Made by a program: the position numbers and the translations under genes. Below the pieces are notes generated by a model. It was given only the letters and a program-made list of their open reading frames with translations. It had not been told where the DNA came from and did not search any database. A stretch of 64,000 nt of DNA from NCBI GenBank assembly GCA_947626125.1, contig CANQRA010000001.1, positions 8,881-72,880 on the forward strand, written 5' to 3'. Below are positions 9,426 through 18,320 of the stretch, piece after piece (the stretch's first letter is position 1; every line of letters starts with the position of its first letter). The DNA is from an uncultured Bacilli bacterium. GTDB taxonomy: Bacteria; Bacillota_I; Bacilli_A; RF39; UBA660.

Positions 9426-10085
9426 TTATAAACTTTTTAATTTTTCAATGCATCGTCTTCTTATTGTATAATTGCAATATGCATGATATCTACTTTTTAA
9501 CTTTGTATAAAATTTTCCAAATGGCTCATCAGCACTAATTTCAAAATTCGTATTTTCCCCCATTGGATGATTGGTAAGGAAAGAATTTTTAAACTGTTCA
9601 TACCAACTTGCTATTTTATTTTTAAATTCTAGAAATATAACATCTATTTCATCAATACTAGTCGCGGTGTTAATTTGGCCAAGATAGAACTTAACTGTAT
9701 CATTATATACATCAATAACTGATTCTAAACCAGGAAAATCATTGAAAATCGCTGCTTCACTTGGTATTAAGTATTCCCCCACAATACTTATTATTTTTTT
9801 CATGTACATTAATAATTCAACATCATTAGCATTGCTATAAGCACCATTGGTGCTGGATGAATTATTACTATTTGTTTTTCCCTCTTTTAAAGCTTTGCTT
9901 AAAACCTCATATGCCAAATTTATTTCCTTTAATTTTTCGCTTGCTTCCTTTTTTTCGGCTTCCGTTTTATTAATTAATGCATCAGGATGATATTGCCTTG
10001 CTAAAGCATAATATTTCTTTCGTAAAATATCTTCCGTGTAATCACTAAATAACCCCATTATTTTTAGAGCTTTATAAAAATTCAT
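9426..10085 (-). CDS. J-domain protein (219 aa): J-domain + low-complexity linker + helical C-terminal domain
   Basis: 'KKYYALARQYHPDALINKTEAEKKEASEKLKEINLAYEVLS' with HPD. It is a paralog of 9070..9411 with about 70% identity across the J-domain. It contains no DnaJ Zn-finger or C-terminal domain. Confidence 0.7.
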   Translation of the reverse strand: MNFYKALKIMGLFSDYTEDILRKKYYALARQYHPDALINKTEAEKKEASEKLKEINLAYEVLSKALKEGKTNSNNSSSTNGAYSNANDVELLMYMKKIISIVGEYLIPSEAAIFNDFPGLESVIDVYNDTVKFYLGQINTATSIDEIDVIFLEFKNKIASWYEQFKNSFLTNHPMGENTNFEISADEPFGKFYTKLKSRYHAYCNYTIRRRCIEKLKSL

Positions 10086-10231
10086 AGTAATCCCCCTTTT
10101 TTATTGTCTGCTATTATATAGCAATATCATCATTTCGTCAAGTAGAGCAAATTAAGGCATAAACTAAAGGTCTTGTTATTAACTATTTTTTGTGTTATAG
10201 TAGTTTTCGCTTTAAAAAAGAGGGGATAATA

Positions 10232-11545
10232 ATGGCTCATTCAATAGCAAATAATAATGATTTAATAATGCTTAATGAATTTATAGATAGCAACTTATCG
10301 GATACCATTGATTATGATTTAGCATTAGAAGAGTTATTAAAACTAAGTCTATTTATTGAAGAAAATTTATTAGCAATTAACCGCTCAACTATATATGATA
10401 TCGTCATGGATAATAGAATTTTAAATAGCATCCTAGAAACTATTGTGCAAAATATTAAAGACTATCAAGACTTAGATACTGTTAGTGCAGATGTTAATGA
10501 TAATGAAATAGCCTTTCTTTTATTAAGAGCTTATTTAATGCAAAATAACTTGATTGCCAAGGAAATGGAAGATTACATAGACCATACAGAAAGTGACTAC
10601 TACCAAACTAATAAAGAATCTAAGTTAGAAAGTATTGAATTAAGTGGAAAAACAGTGCGAAAACTAAGAAAAATGTTATTAACCGATAAAGAAAAAACAA
10701 CCGAATTAATTATTAGATATTATGCTAAAGTTATTGAAAAAAAACTTCCATCTCATGGTAATTATAACGAACTTTATCAAGAGGGATGCCTTGCTATCAT
10801 GGAAGCAATTAATCACTTTTTAAAATCAAATAAATTATTAGCAACGTATATATATGTTGCAATATCAACCTATTTTAGAGACTATAATAACAGGATGAGT
10901 AAGGCATTTGAACCCTTTGATGACATAGATGAAAATGATGTGCCTAATATATTAACGAGCTTAAAAGATGAGCCTTTTGAAGATGTTATTATTAATGAAC
11001 CACCTTTTAAATTAGAGGAATTAGTGCAACAAATTAATATTCCGGATTATAATCGGGAACTTTTGATTTATTATTTTAACAGTGATATAGAAGGTAGTAA
11101 ATTGTATGAACCATATAATACAAGTAGACAAAATTTTTATGCAAGAATAAATCATAGTCTTAGACATTTTCTAAGTGATAAAACCATCATTGAATCAATT
11201 TCTTATTTAGATGACCCCGATAAAGCTCTACAAACTATTAAAGAAAATATTAATGTTGTTGATTTAACCGTAAGTTGGCTCCATCATGATTTTGCTAATA
11301 TTGTAGCACAAGTACCTTTAACAAATTTGGAAAGAGAAATTTTATGTTATTACTATGAGTTAAATGGCTATCAAAGAAAAAATGATATGGAAATGGCTCA
11401 AATGTATGGAATAAATTATTTGAAATTAGCTAGGACAAGAATTAACGCCATGTATAAGATAATAAGTCAAAGGGTCATTCCTTATATGGATTTAGTCCCC
11501 GAATTAGATAAAAAAATAAAAGAATATGGCAAAAGTTATCGCTAA
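10232..11545 (+). CDS. divergent sigma-70 family-like protein (437 aa) with an N-terminal extension and a long insertion between regions 2 and 4
   Basis: Region-2-like segment 'ELYQEGCLAIMEAINHFLKSNKLLATYIYVAISTYFRDY' (compare DLIQEGNIGLMKAVEKF...FSTYATWWIRQAI). Region-4/HTH-like segment 'LTNLEREILCYYYELNGYQRKNDMEMAQMYGINYLKLARTRINAMYKI'. Start is at ATG 10232, preceded by Shine-Dalgarno AGAGGGGA and an extended -10 TGTTATAGT. Confidence 0.45.
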   Translation: MAHSIANNNDLIMLNEFIDSNLSDTIDYDLALEELLKLSLFIEENLLAINRSTIYDIVMDNRILNSILETIVQNIKDYQDLDTVSADVNDNEIAFLLLRAYLMQNNLIAKEMEDYIDHTESDYYQTNKESKLESIELSGKTVRKLRKMLLTDKEKTTELIIRYYAKVIEKKLPSHGNYNELYQEGCLAIMEAINHFLKSNKLLATYIYVAISTYFRDYNNRMSKAFEPFDDIDENDVPNILTSLKDEPFEDVIINEPPFKLEELVQQINIPDYNRELLIYYFNSDIEGSKLYEPYNTSRQNFYARINHSLRHFLSDKTIIESISYLDDPDKALQTIKENINVVDLTVSWLHHDFANIVAQVPLTNLEREILCYYYELNGYQRKNDMEMAQMYGINYLKLARTRINAMYKIISQRVIPYMDLVPELDKKIKEYGKSYR

Positions 11546-11667
11546 AAAGAAGAAAGAAAAAGATATTAATGAAAGAAATAATAGAAGTTCCTTTACTAAA
11601 AACTATTGGCTATATTCACAGTTATAATATACGTTATTTTGACCTAGATAATTTAAAACAAAAGACC

Positions 11668-11909
11668 TTATCCCGTTAATGTGGAAAACTAAGACACTTT
11701 ACGTTGTCTTTTTTTCTTGTCAACAAAGATATTAACATGACTTCTCTTCTTTTATCCTTGTAACAAAACTAAATATTAACTTATCAACACTTTCCACAAA
11801 AATAATTTTGCACAAAAAAGTAATAAGTTAACAAAGTTAATAAAAATTTGTTGAAATTGTGGAAAACATCATGTAATATAGGTTCTATCTAGAAAAAAGA
11901 TGTTGAAAA
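11668..11909. promoter_or_regulatory. DnaA-box cluster upstream of dnaA (oriC left part / dnaA promoter region)
   Basis: Near-consensus 9-mers match TTATCCACA/TGTGGATAA. TGTGGAAAA occurs at 11680..11688 and 11858..11866 (8/9 each). TTATCCCGT 11668..11676, TTATCCTTG 11752..11760, TTATCAACA 11781..11789, TTTCCACAA 11790..11798 and TGTTGAAAA 11901..11909 are 7/9 matches. Confidence 0.6.
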
Positions 11910-12005
11910 CTATGTTAATAACTTTAAAACAAAACTTTTTTCTTGTAATAAAAATACATTTAAGTTAAAATGAAATTGGGATATATATGAAATGTGGGGT
12001 GAGGT

Positions 12006-13361
12006 ATGAAAACACATGAATTATTTAAACAATTTTTGCAAGAAATAGAGAACGAAGTTAGTCCAGCAACTTATACAGCCTGGTTTCATGACTTAGAACT
12101 CATTTCCATGGATGACAAAGAAATAACTATTAAAGTACCTCTTCCTGTTCATAAACAAATACTTAAAACAACTTATTTAGATTTAATTGATAATACCATG
12201 TTTTCTTTAACGGGTATTAACTATGATTTTAAATTCTATACTGAAGATGAATATAACGATAAAATAAATATTGAAGCTGTTAAAGATGAGAATAATGATA
12301 GTCAAATAATCTCTTGGAATACTAATTTAAAACCTAATTTGAATTTTGATAACTATGTCGTTGGTGAATCCAATAGACTAGCCTTTATATCGGCGATGAA
12401 TGTGGCTCAATCCCCTGGAACTATTCGCAATCCCTTATTTATATATGGTAAAAGTGGAACGGGGAAAACCCATTTAATGAATGCGATAGGTAATTATATC
12501 AAAGACCATTCCAAAAAACGAGTTTTATATACCACAAGTGGAGACTTCCGTGATGAATATGTCGATATGTCCAAATTAGATAAAGGAAAAGATGCCATTG
12601 AATATGCGAATAATTTTAAAAATAAATATCGCAATGTTGATGTATTAATTATTGATGATATTCAGTTATTGGTAGATTCTCCGATGACCCAACAAGAATT
12701 CTTCCATACTTTTGAAGCCCTCCATCAAGCTAATAAACAAATTATTATTTCTAGTGACCGTTCCCCAGATGATTTAAAAAAGATTGAGGAAAGACTAAGG
12801 AGTCGTTTTAAATGGGGATTACCTGTTGATATCCATCCACCTGATTTTGAACTAAGATGTGAGATTATTAAGCAGAAAATTCAAAATACTAGTATTAAAG
12901 ACCGCGTTAGTAAAGATGTTATTGAATATATTGCCAATGGTTGTCCGAGTGATATAAGACATATTGAAGGCACCATTAATCGTTTACTTGTTTATACTGC
13001 TTTATATACACCAGAATATATTGATTTAGATTTTGCGATTGAAGCTTGTAAAGACTCGATTGATAACAATATATATCAAGAAAATACGATTTCGCATATT
13101 CAAAAAGTGGTCGCCGATTTCTATAAAATAACAATCGAAGATTTAAAAAGCAAAAAAAGAAGTAATAATATTGCGTGGCCAAGACACATTGCCATGTACT
13201 TATGCCGGGTTGAAACCGAAGAAAACTTAGTAAAGATTGGTTTTGAATTTGGCGGAAGAGACCATTCAACCGTTGTTGCTAGTTGTGAAAAAATTAAAGA
13301 AGAGTTACAACATAATGAAACGCTTAATAATACTATCAAAGAAATAAAATCAAAGTTATAA
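12006..13361 (+). CDS. dnaA: chromosomal replication initiator protein DnaA
   Basis: AAA+ Walker A 'GKSGTGKTHL', box VII and C-terminal DNA-binding domain 'IAMYLCRVET...GGRDHSTV'. Length 451 aa. Confidence 0.97.
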   Translation: MKTHELFKQFLQEIENEVSPATYTAWFHDLELISMDDKEITIKVPLPVHKQILKTTYLDLIDNTMFSLTGINYDFKFYTEDEYNDKINIEAVKDENNDSQIISWNTNLKPNLNFDNYVVGESNRLAFISAMNVAQSPGTIRNPLFIYGKSGTGKTHLMNAIGNYIKDHSKKRVLYTTSGDFRDEYVDMSKLDKGKDAIEYANNFKNKYRNVDVLIIDDIQLLVDSPMTQQEFFHTFEALHQANKQIIISSDRSPDDLKKIEERLRSRFKWGLPVDIHPPDFELRCEIIKQKIQNTSIKDRVSKDVIEYIANGCPSDIRHIEGTINRLLVYTALYTPEYIDLDFAIEACKDSIDNNIYQENTISHIQKVVADFYKITIEDLKSKKRSNNIAWPRHIAMYLCRVETEENLVKIGFEFGGRDHSTVVASCEKIKEELQHNETLNNTIKEIKSKL

Positions 13362-13373
13362 ATGTTTAAAAAA

Positions 13374-13500
13374 ATGTTGATAAGTAATTAGTTTTCCACA
13401 GACATTTTTTAAGGATATATAAAGGTTAAATAAAGTTTTCCACATTATTAACAGTATAATAAATAATAATAACTAAAATAATAAAAAAAGAAAGAAGGAA
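13374..13500. promoter_or_regulatory. oriC right part: DnaA boxes plus an AT-rich DNA unwinding element between dnaA and dnaN
   Basis: TGTTGATAA at 13374..13382 and TTTTCCACA at 13392..13400 and 13436..13444 are each 8/9 matches. They are followed by a ~55-bp stretch that is more than 90% A+T (13445..13500). Confidence 0.55.
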
Positions 13501-13505
13501 AAAAG

Positions 13506-14627
13506 ATGAAATTTACGATTGATAAAAATATTTTATTAGAATCACTTACAAATGTGTTAAGAGCCATTGGTACTAGAACAACAATACCTATATTAAATGG
13601 GATTAAGTTTGATTTAACTAATGAAGGATTAAGTTTATTCGCTAGTGATTCGGAATTATCTATTAGAATTAAAATTAAAGAAAAAGATATTAAAAAAATT
13701 GAAAAAACAGGAAGTATGATTATTGGCAGTAAATATATTCTTGATATTATTCGCAAAATGCCATCAGATATTATTTACTTTGAAGCTGAAGATGAAACAA
13801 AAATAAAAATTTATACTGATAATAATGAATATAATTTAAATTGTTATGATTTAGCTGATTATCCAAATATATCTCTAGATGAATCAAAGGAACCTATTGT
13901 TCTTAAAGATGAATTGTTGAAAACAATGATTAATGAAACATCTTATGCTGTATCAACGCAAGAAGCACGTTTATTATTCACTGGCGTAAATGTTAAGATT
14001 GCGGGAAATAGTTTAGAATGTATTGCTACCGATTCTTATCGTTTAGCGAAAAAAAGCCTTACTTTAGATACCATGATTAATAACACAATCAATATTATTA
14101 TTCCCGGAAAAAGTATTAATGAATTAGAAAAAATGTTAACAACTGATGGCGAAGATGTTATTATGCATATCTTTAATAACAAAATATTATTTCAATATAA
14201 AAATATTGAATTTCAATCTAATTTATTAAGTGGTCAATACCCAGATACTAATCACTTTATTCCTTCTGATTTTGCTTATATTATTAATTTAGATTTAAGA
14301 ATGTTTAATGACGCCGTAGATAGAGCTTCCTTACTTGCCCAAAGTAAAGATAAAAACATCGTAAGAATTGAAGTAAATGATAAATTAATGGTTATTTCTT
14401 CTAGTGCTAGTGAAATAGGTAAAACAGAAGAAAAGATGGCCATTGAATGTAATAATAAAGAAAAATTAGAAATAGCTTTTAGTTCTCGGTATATGTTAGA
14501 GGCTTTAAAAGTTATTAAAGATAACAACATTTTACTGTTAATGAATGGTGATGATAAACCTATTTTAATTAAATCTGTTGATGATGAATCATTAATTGAA
14601 CTTATTTTACCAGTTAAAACTTATTAA
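13506..14627 (+). CDS. dnaN: DNA polymerase III beta subunit (sliding clamp)
   Basis: 373 aa with a typical N-terminus 'MKFTIDKNILLESL'. It lies directly downstream of dnaA. Confidence 0.95.
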   Translation: MKFTIDKNILLESLTNVLRAIGTRTTIPILNGIKFDLTNEGLSLFASDSELSIRIKIKEKDIKKIEKTGSMIIGSKYILDIIRKMPSDIIYFEAEDETKIKIYTDNNEYNLNCYDLADYPNISLDESKEPIVLKDELLKTMINETSYAVSTQEARLLFTGVNVKIAGNSLECIATDSYRLAKKSLTLDTMINNTINIIIPGKSINELEKMLTTDGEDVIMHIFNNKILFQYKNIEFQSNLLSGQYPDTNHFIPSDFAYIINLDLRMFNDAVDRASLLAQSKDKNIVRIEVNDKLMVISSSASEIGKTEEKMAIECNNKEKLEIAFSSRYMLEALKVIKDNNILLLMNGDDKPILIKSVDDESLIELILPVKTY

Positions 14628-14636
14628 TAAATTAAA

Positions 14637-14668
14637 TAACGCTTTGCAAATAAAGTGTTATTTTTTTG
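14637..14668 (+). terminator. rho-independent terminator after dnaN
   Basis: A 10-bp stem ATAACGCTTT/AAAGTGTTAT with one G-U pair and a 6-nt loop, followed by T6. Confidence 0.6.
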
Positions 14669-14749
14669 CATGTTAGCCATGCTTCGACAAAAAATTTAAC
14701 TTTGCTATGTTATAGTAGGCATTAGTTTTATTTTTTAGGGGGCAATTGC

Positions 14750-15196
14750 ATGCGAAATTACATAATTAAAGATAGTACAATAGCTATTTTAAAGCAAGAA
14801 AAGAAGACAATTATTTATAATGTTGAAAACTTTGTAGTTTTCAACAAAAGTATTAAAAAAATCCTTGATGAAAATTGTATGTTGCATGGGAGTAATTTAA
14901 ATGGCCGCATTAAAAGTGTGCAAAAAATTCTTAATGTTAAGTATCGCGTACCTATTTTAATAAGTGAGAAAGAAAATATTATTCTTCTTCCGATGAATAG
15001 TATGCGTGACAAAGAATGTTTATATATTGTGGCAAATAAAATAATCGATTATACGGAAAATGAGGATTATTTAGAAATCAAATGTATAAATAATCAAATA
15101 TTTAAGACCAAAATATCAAAATATAGTTTTGAAAAAATGATTATAAATATGATGAAATTAAATAATTACTTAAAATGGGAAAATTTTGTAAATTAG
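14750..15196 (+). CDS. ComK-family (competence transcription factor-like) protein, 148 aa
   Basis: Collinear with B. subtilis ComK as I recall it. 'STIAILKQE' aligns with 'ATIAVLPEE'. 'HGSNLNGRIKSVQKILNVKYRVPILISEKENIILLPMNS' aligns with 'FGSSYAGRKAGTYEVTKISHKPPIMVDPSNQIFLFPTLS'. 'KISKYSFEKMIINMMKL' aligns with 'PISYNSFENQVYRTAWL'. An extended -10 TGTTATAGT lies upstream at about 14707. Confidence 0.5.
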   Translation: MRNYIIKDSTIAILKQEKKTIIYNVENFVVFNKSIKKILDENCMLHGSNLNGRIKSVQKILNVKYRVPILISEKENIILLPMNSMRDKECLYIVANKIIDYTENEDYLEIKCINNQIFKTKISKYSFEKMIINMMKLNNYLKWENFVN

Positions 15197-15292
15197 CTTT
15201 AAAAAATATGTTATCTGTGTTATAATTATTACTAGGTACGGGTGTACTTAAACACCATGATTATTAAATATAACGTCAAAGAAGGTCTAATT

Positions 15293-16393
15293 ATGAAATT
15301 GAACACCATAAAATTAACTAATTTCAGAAATTATGAAAAATTATGTTTAGAGTTTAATAATCATTTAAATGTTATATATGGAAATAATGGGGCAGGCAAG
15401 ACTAATTTAGTAGAAGCCATCTATTTTTTATCCATTACCAAATCATTTCGGACGAACAATGACAAAATGTTAATCAAAAATGGTGAGTTAAGTACCAAAA
15501 TAGAAGGAGAAGTAGAAGAAGATACCAAGAATAATTATCAAGTAATACTAAATAAAGAAGGTAAAAAAGTAAAAATTAACAATAATATTGTTAGAAAAGT
15601 TAGTGACTATATAACAAATATTAATATTGTTTTATTAGAACCGGAAGAACAAATGATATTTAATGCATCTCCCCAAGTAAGAAGAAAACTGTTAAATATT
15701 GAAATAAGTAAACTAGAAAAAGAATACATTATTTACTTAAACAATTACAATGTTATTTTAAAACAGCGCAATTTTTACTTAAGAGATTTATATATTAATG
15801 GTAATGCTTCGAAAGATTATTTGAATATTTTAACGCAAAAATTAATAGATTGGGGCTTAAAAATATACGAGTTAAGACTCAAGTTTATTAATAAAATCAA
15901 TGAATATTTAAGTATTAAATACCAAGAAATATATAAAGAAGGCGATTTATTCATTAAATATAGTTCTGATTATAATAATAAAACTAAAGATGAAATAAAT
16001 GAAATGTATGAAAAAAATTATAATCGGGAAATAGCTTTAGGGAAAACTTTGTATGGTATTCATCATGATGACCTTATCTTTTATTTAGATAAAAAAGATA
16101 TTAGTGAATGGGGAAGCAACGGGCAAAAAAAGAATGCCATATTTGCTTTTAAATTAGCGGAAATTGAGCTTATTAAAGAACAGAATAACATATTACCTAT
16201 TTTAATACTTGATGATTTATTTAGTGCCTTAGATAATAAGAAAATAAAAAATATAATAGCTCTACTTAATGATAATATTCAAACATTTATAACGACAACT
16301 GAATTAAATCGAATAAATAAGAAATTATTAAGTAAAGCCTCTATTTTTAAAGTGAATAAGGGTTTAGTTGAGGAGGAAGAATATGGAAGATGA
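15293..16393 (+). CDS. recF: DNA replication and repair protein RecF
   Basis: Walker A '[10 protein letters not shown]' and an SMC-like signature region. The start is moved to the Met in '[11 protein letters not shown]', which is preceded by Shine-Dalgarno AAGAAGG. The ORF track begins 51 nt upstream. Confidence 0.9.
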   Translation: MKLNTIKLTNFRNYEKLCLEFNNHLNVIYGNNGAGKTNLVEAIYFLSITKSFRTNNDKMLIKNGELSTKIEGEVEEDTKNNYQVILNKEGKKVKINNNIVRKVSDYITNINIVLLEPEEQMIFNASPQVRRKLLNIEISKLEKEYIIYLNNYNVILKQRNFYLRDLYINGNASKDYLNILTQKLIDWGLKIYELRLKFINKINEYLSIKYQEIYKEGDLFIKYSSDYNNKTKDEINEMYEKNYNREIALGKTLYGIHHDDLIFYLDKKDISEWGSNGQKKNAIFAFKLAEIELIKEQNNILPILILDDLFSALDNKKIKNIIALLNDNIQTFITTTELNRINKKLLSKASIFKVNKGLVEEEEYGR

Positions 16394-18311
16394 AAATTTA
16401 CATTATAGTGAAAGTGATATTCAAGTTTTAGAAGGTCTTGAAGCGGTTAGAAAAAGACCTGGTATGTATATAGGCACAACCGATGTTAAAGGATTGCATC
16501 ATTTAGTATGGGAAATTGTTGATAATGCGATTGATGAAGCCTTGGCGGGTTTTTGTAATCATATTGAAGTAATAATTAATAAAGGAAATTCCATTACCGT
16601 TAAAGATAATGGTCGGGGTATTCCGGTTGGCATTCATCCAAAAACGGGTATTTCGACAGTAGAAACGGTTTATACTGTTTTGCATGCTGGTGGTAAATTT
16701 GGGGGAGGCGGTTACAAAGTAAGCGGTGGCCTTCATGGTGTTGGCGCATCTGTTGTTAATGCTTTATCTAAATGGGTAACCGTTACTGTTTATAAAGATG
16801 GGAAAGTTTATGAAGCTAAATTTGAAGATGGCGGTAAAACAACCCAAAAATTAACCATGATTGGCGAATGTGAAAAGGAAAGAACAGGGACAGTTGTTTC
16901 TTTTAAACCAGACCCTGATATTTTTGATACGGATATTTTTGATTATGAAACCTTAAAAGTAAGAATTAGAGAGTTAGCCTTCTTAAATAAAGGTCTTGCT
17001 TTAACTATTCGTGATGACCGGGATAATGAAGATACGACTGGGGAAAAATTCCTTTATGAAGGGGGAATTTCGGAATATGTTAAATTTTTAAATACTTCCA
17101 AGACCCCAATTCATGATGAGATTATTCACTTAGAAGGCGAAGAAGATGGCGTTTTCTTTGAAGTAGCTATGCAGTATAATTCGGGGTATTCTGATAGTAT
17201 TTATTCATTTGTTAATAATATTAATACTCATGATGGTGGTACTCATGAAGAAGGCGTTAGAAGAGCTTTAACGAGAGTGATTAATAATTATGCTCGGAAA
17301 GCCAATATTTTAAAAGAAAAAGATGAATCTTTAACGGGTGATGATGTTAAAGAAGGTCTTACAATGATTATTTCTTGTAAGCATCCGAATCCTCAATTTG
17401 AAGGACAAACTAAAGGAAGATTAGGAAATTCCGAAGTAAGAAGATTAGCGGATAATGTTTTCTCTGAAGGTTTTGAAAGATTCCTAATGGAAAATCCTGC
17501 GGAAGCCAGAATAATTGTTGATAAATGTATGACGGCCGCTAGGGCCAGAGTTGCTGCTAAAAATGCGAGAGAACTTCAAAGAAGAAAAGGCGATTTAGAC
17601 ATTGTTAGTAATTTTGGCGGTAAACTTGAAGATTGTAAAGAAAAAGACCCATCTGTTTGTGAGATATTTATTGTCGAAGGAGATTCTGCTGGTGGGTCGG
17701 CTGTTAAAGGTAGAGATTCCATGACCCAAGCTATTCTTCCTTTAAGAGGTAAGATTTTAAATGTGGAAAAAGCCCGTTTAGATAAAGCTTTATCCAATGA
17801 AGAAATTAGAACGATTATCACAGCCTTTGGTACGGGAATTGGCGATAATTTTGATTTAAATAAACTAAGATATGATAAAATCATTATCATGACCGATGCC
17901 GATGTCGATGGTTCACACATTAGAGTACTTCTTTTAACATTGTTCTATCGTTTTTTCCGACCTATTGTAGAAACAGGCCATGTTTATGCGGCCCAACCAC
18001 CTTTGTATAGAATAACGCATGGTAAGGTTAGAAAGTATGTTTTAAATGAACAAGAAAGAGATAGTTATTTAGCTTCTTTAAACCCAAATACAAAATATGA
18101 AATTGCGCGGATGAAAGGTCTTGGCGAAATGGATGCCGAAGAATTAAATGAAACAACCATGGATATTCATACTAGAGTATTAAGAAGAATAACGGTTGAT
18201 GATGCCATAGCGGCTGATGAAGCATTCTCTATGTTAATGGGTGAAGAAGTTGAACCAAGAAGAAAATTTATCGAAGAAAATGCTGAATATGTTAAAAACT
18301 TGGATATTTAG
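16383..18311 (+). CDS. gyrB: DNA gyrase subunit B
   Basis: GHKL ATPase and TOPRIM motifs 'EGDSAGGSA' and '[12 protein letters not shown]'. Start ATG 16383 follows Shine-Dalgarno AGGAGG. Confidence 0.97.
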   Translation: MEDENLHYSESDIQVLEGLEAVRKRPGMYIGTTDVKGLHHLVWEIVDNAIDEALAGFCNHIEVIINKGNSITVKDNGRGIPVGIHPKTGISTVETVYTVLHAGGKFGGGGYKVSGGLHGVGASVVNALSKWVTVTVYKDGKVYEAKFEDGGKTTQKLTMIGECEKERTGTVVSFKPDPDIFDTDIFDYETLKVRIRELAFLNKGLALTIRDDRDNEDTTGEKFLYEGGISEYVKFLNTSKTPIHDEIIHLEGEEDGVFFEVAMQYNSGYSDSIYSFVNNINTHDGGTHEEGVRRALTRVINNYARKANILKEKDESLTGDDVKEGLTMIISCKHPNPQFEGQTKGRLGNSEVRRLADNVFSEGFERFLMENPAEARIIVDKCMTAARARVAAKNARELQRRKGDLDIVSNFGGKLEDCKEKDPSVCEIFIVEGDSAGGSAVKGRDSMTQAILPLRGKILNVEKARLDKALSNEEIRTIITAFGTGIGDNFDLNKLRYDKIIIMTDADVDGSHIRVLLLTLFYRFFRPIVETGHVYAAQPPLYRITHGKVRKYVLNEQERDSYLASLNPNTKYEIARMKGLGEMDAEELNETTMDIHTRVLRRITVDDAIAADEAFSMLMGEEVEPRRKFIEENAEYVKNLDI

Positions 18312-18320
18312 GAGGTTTTT

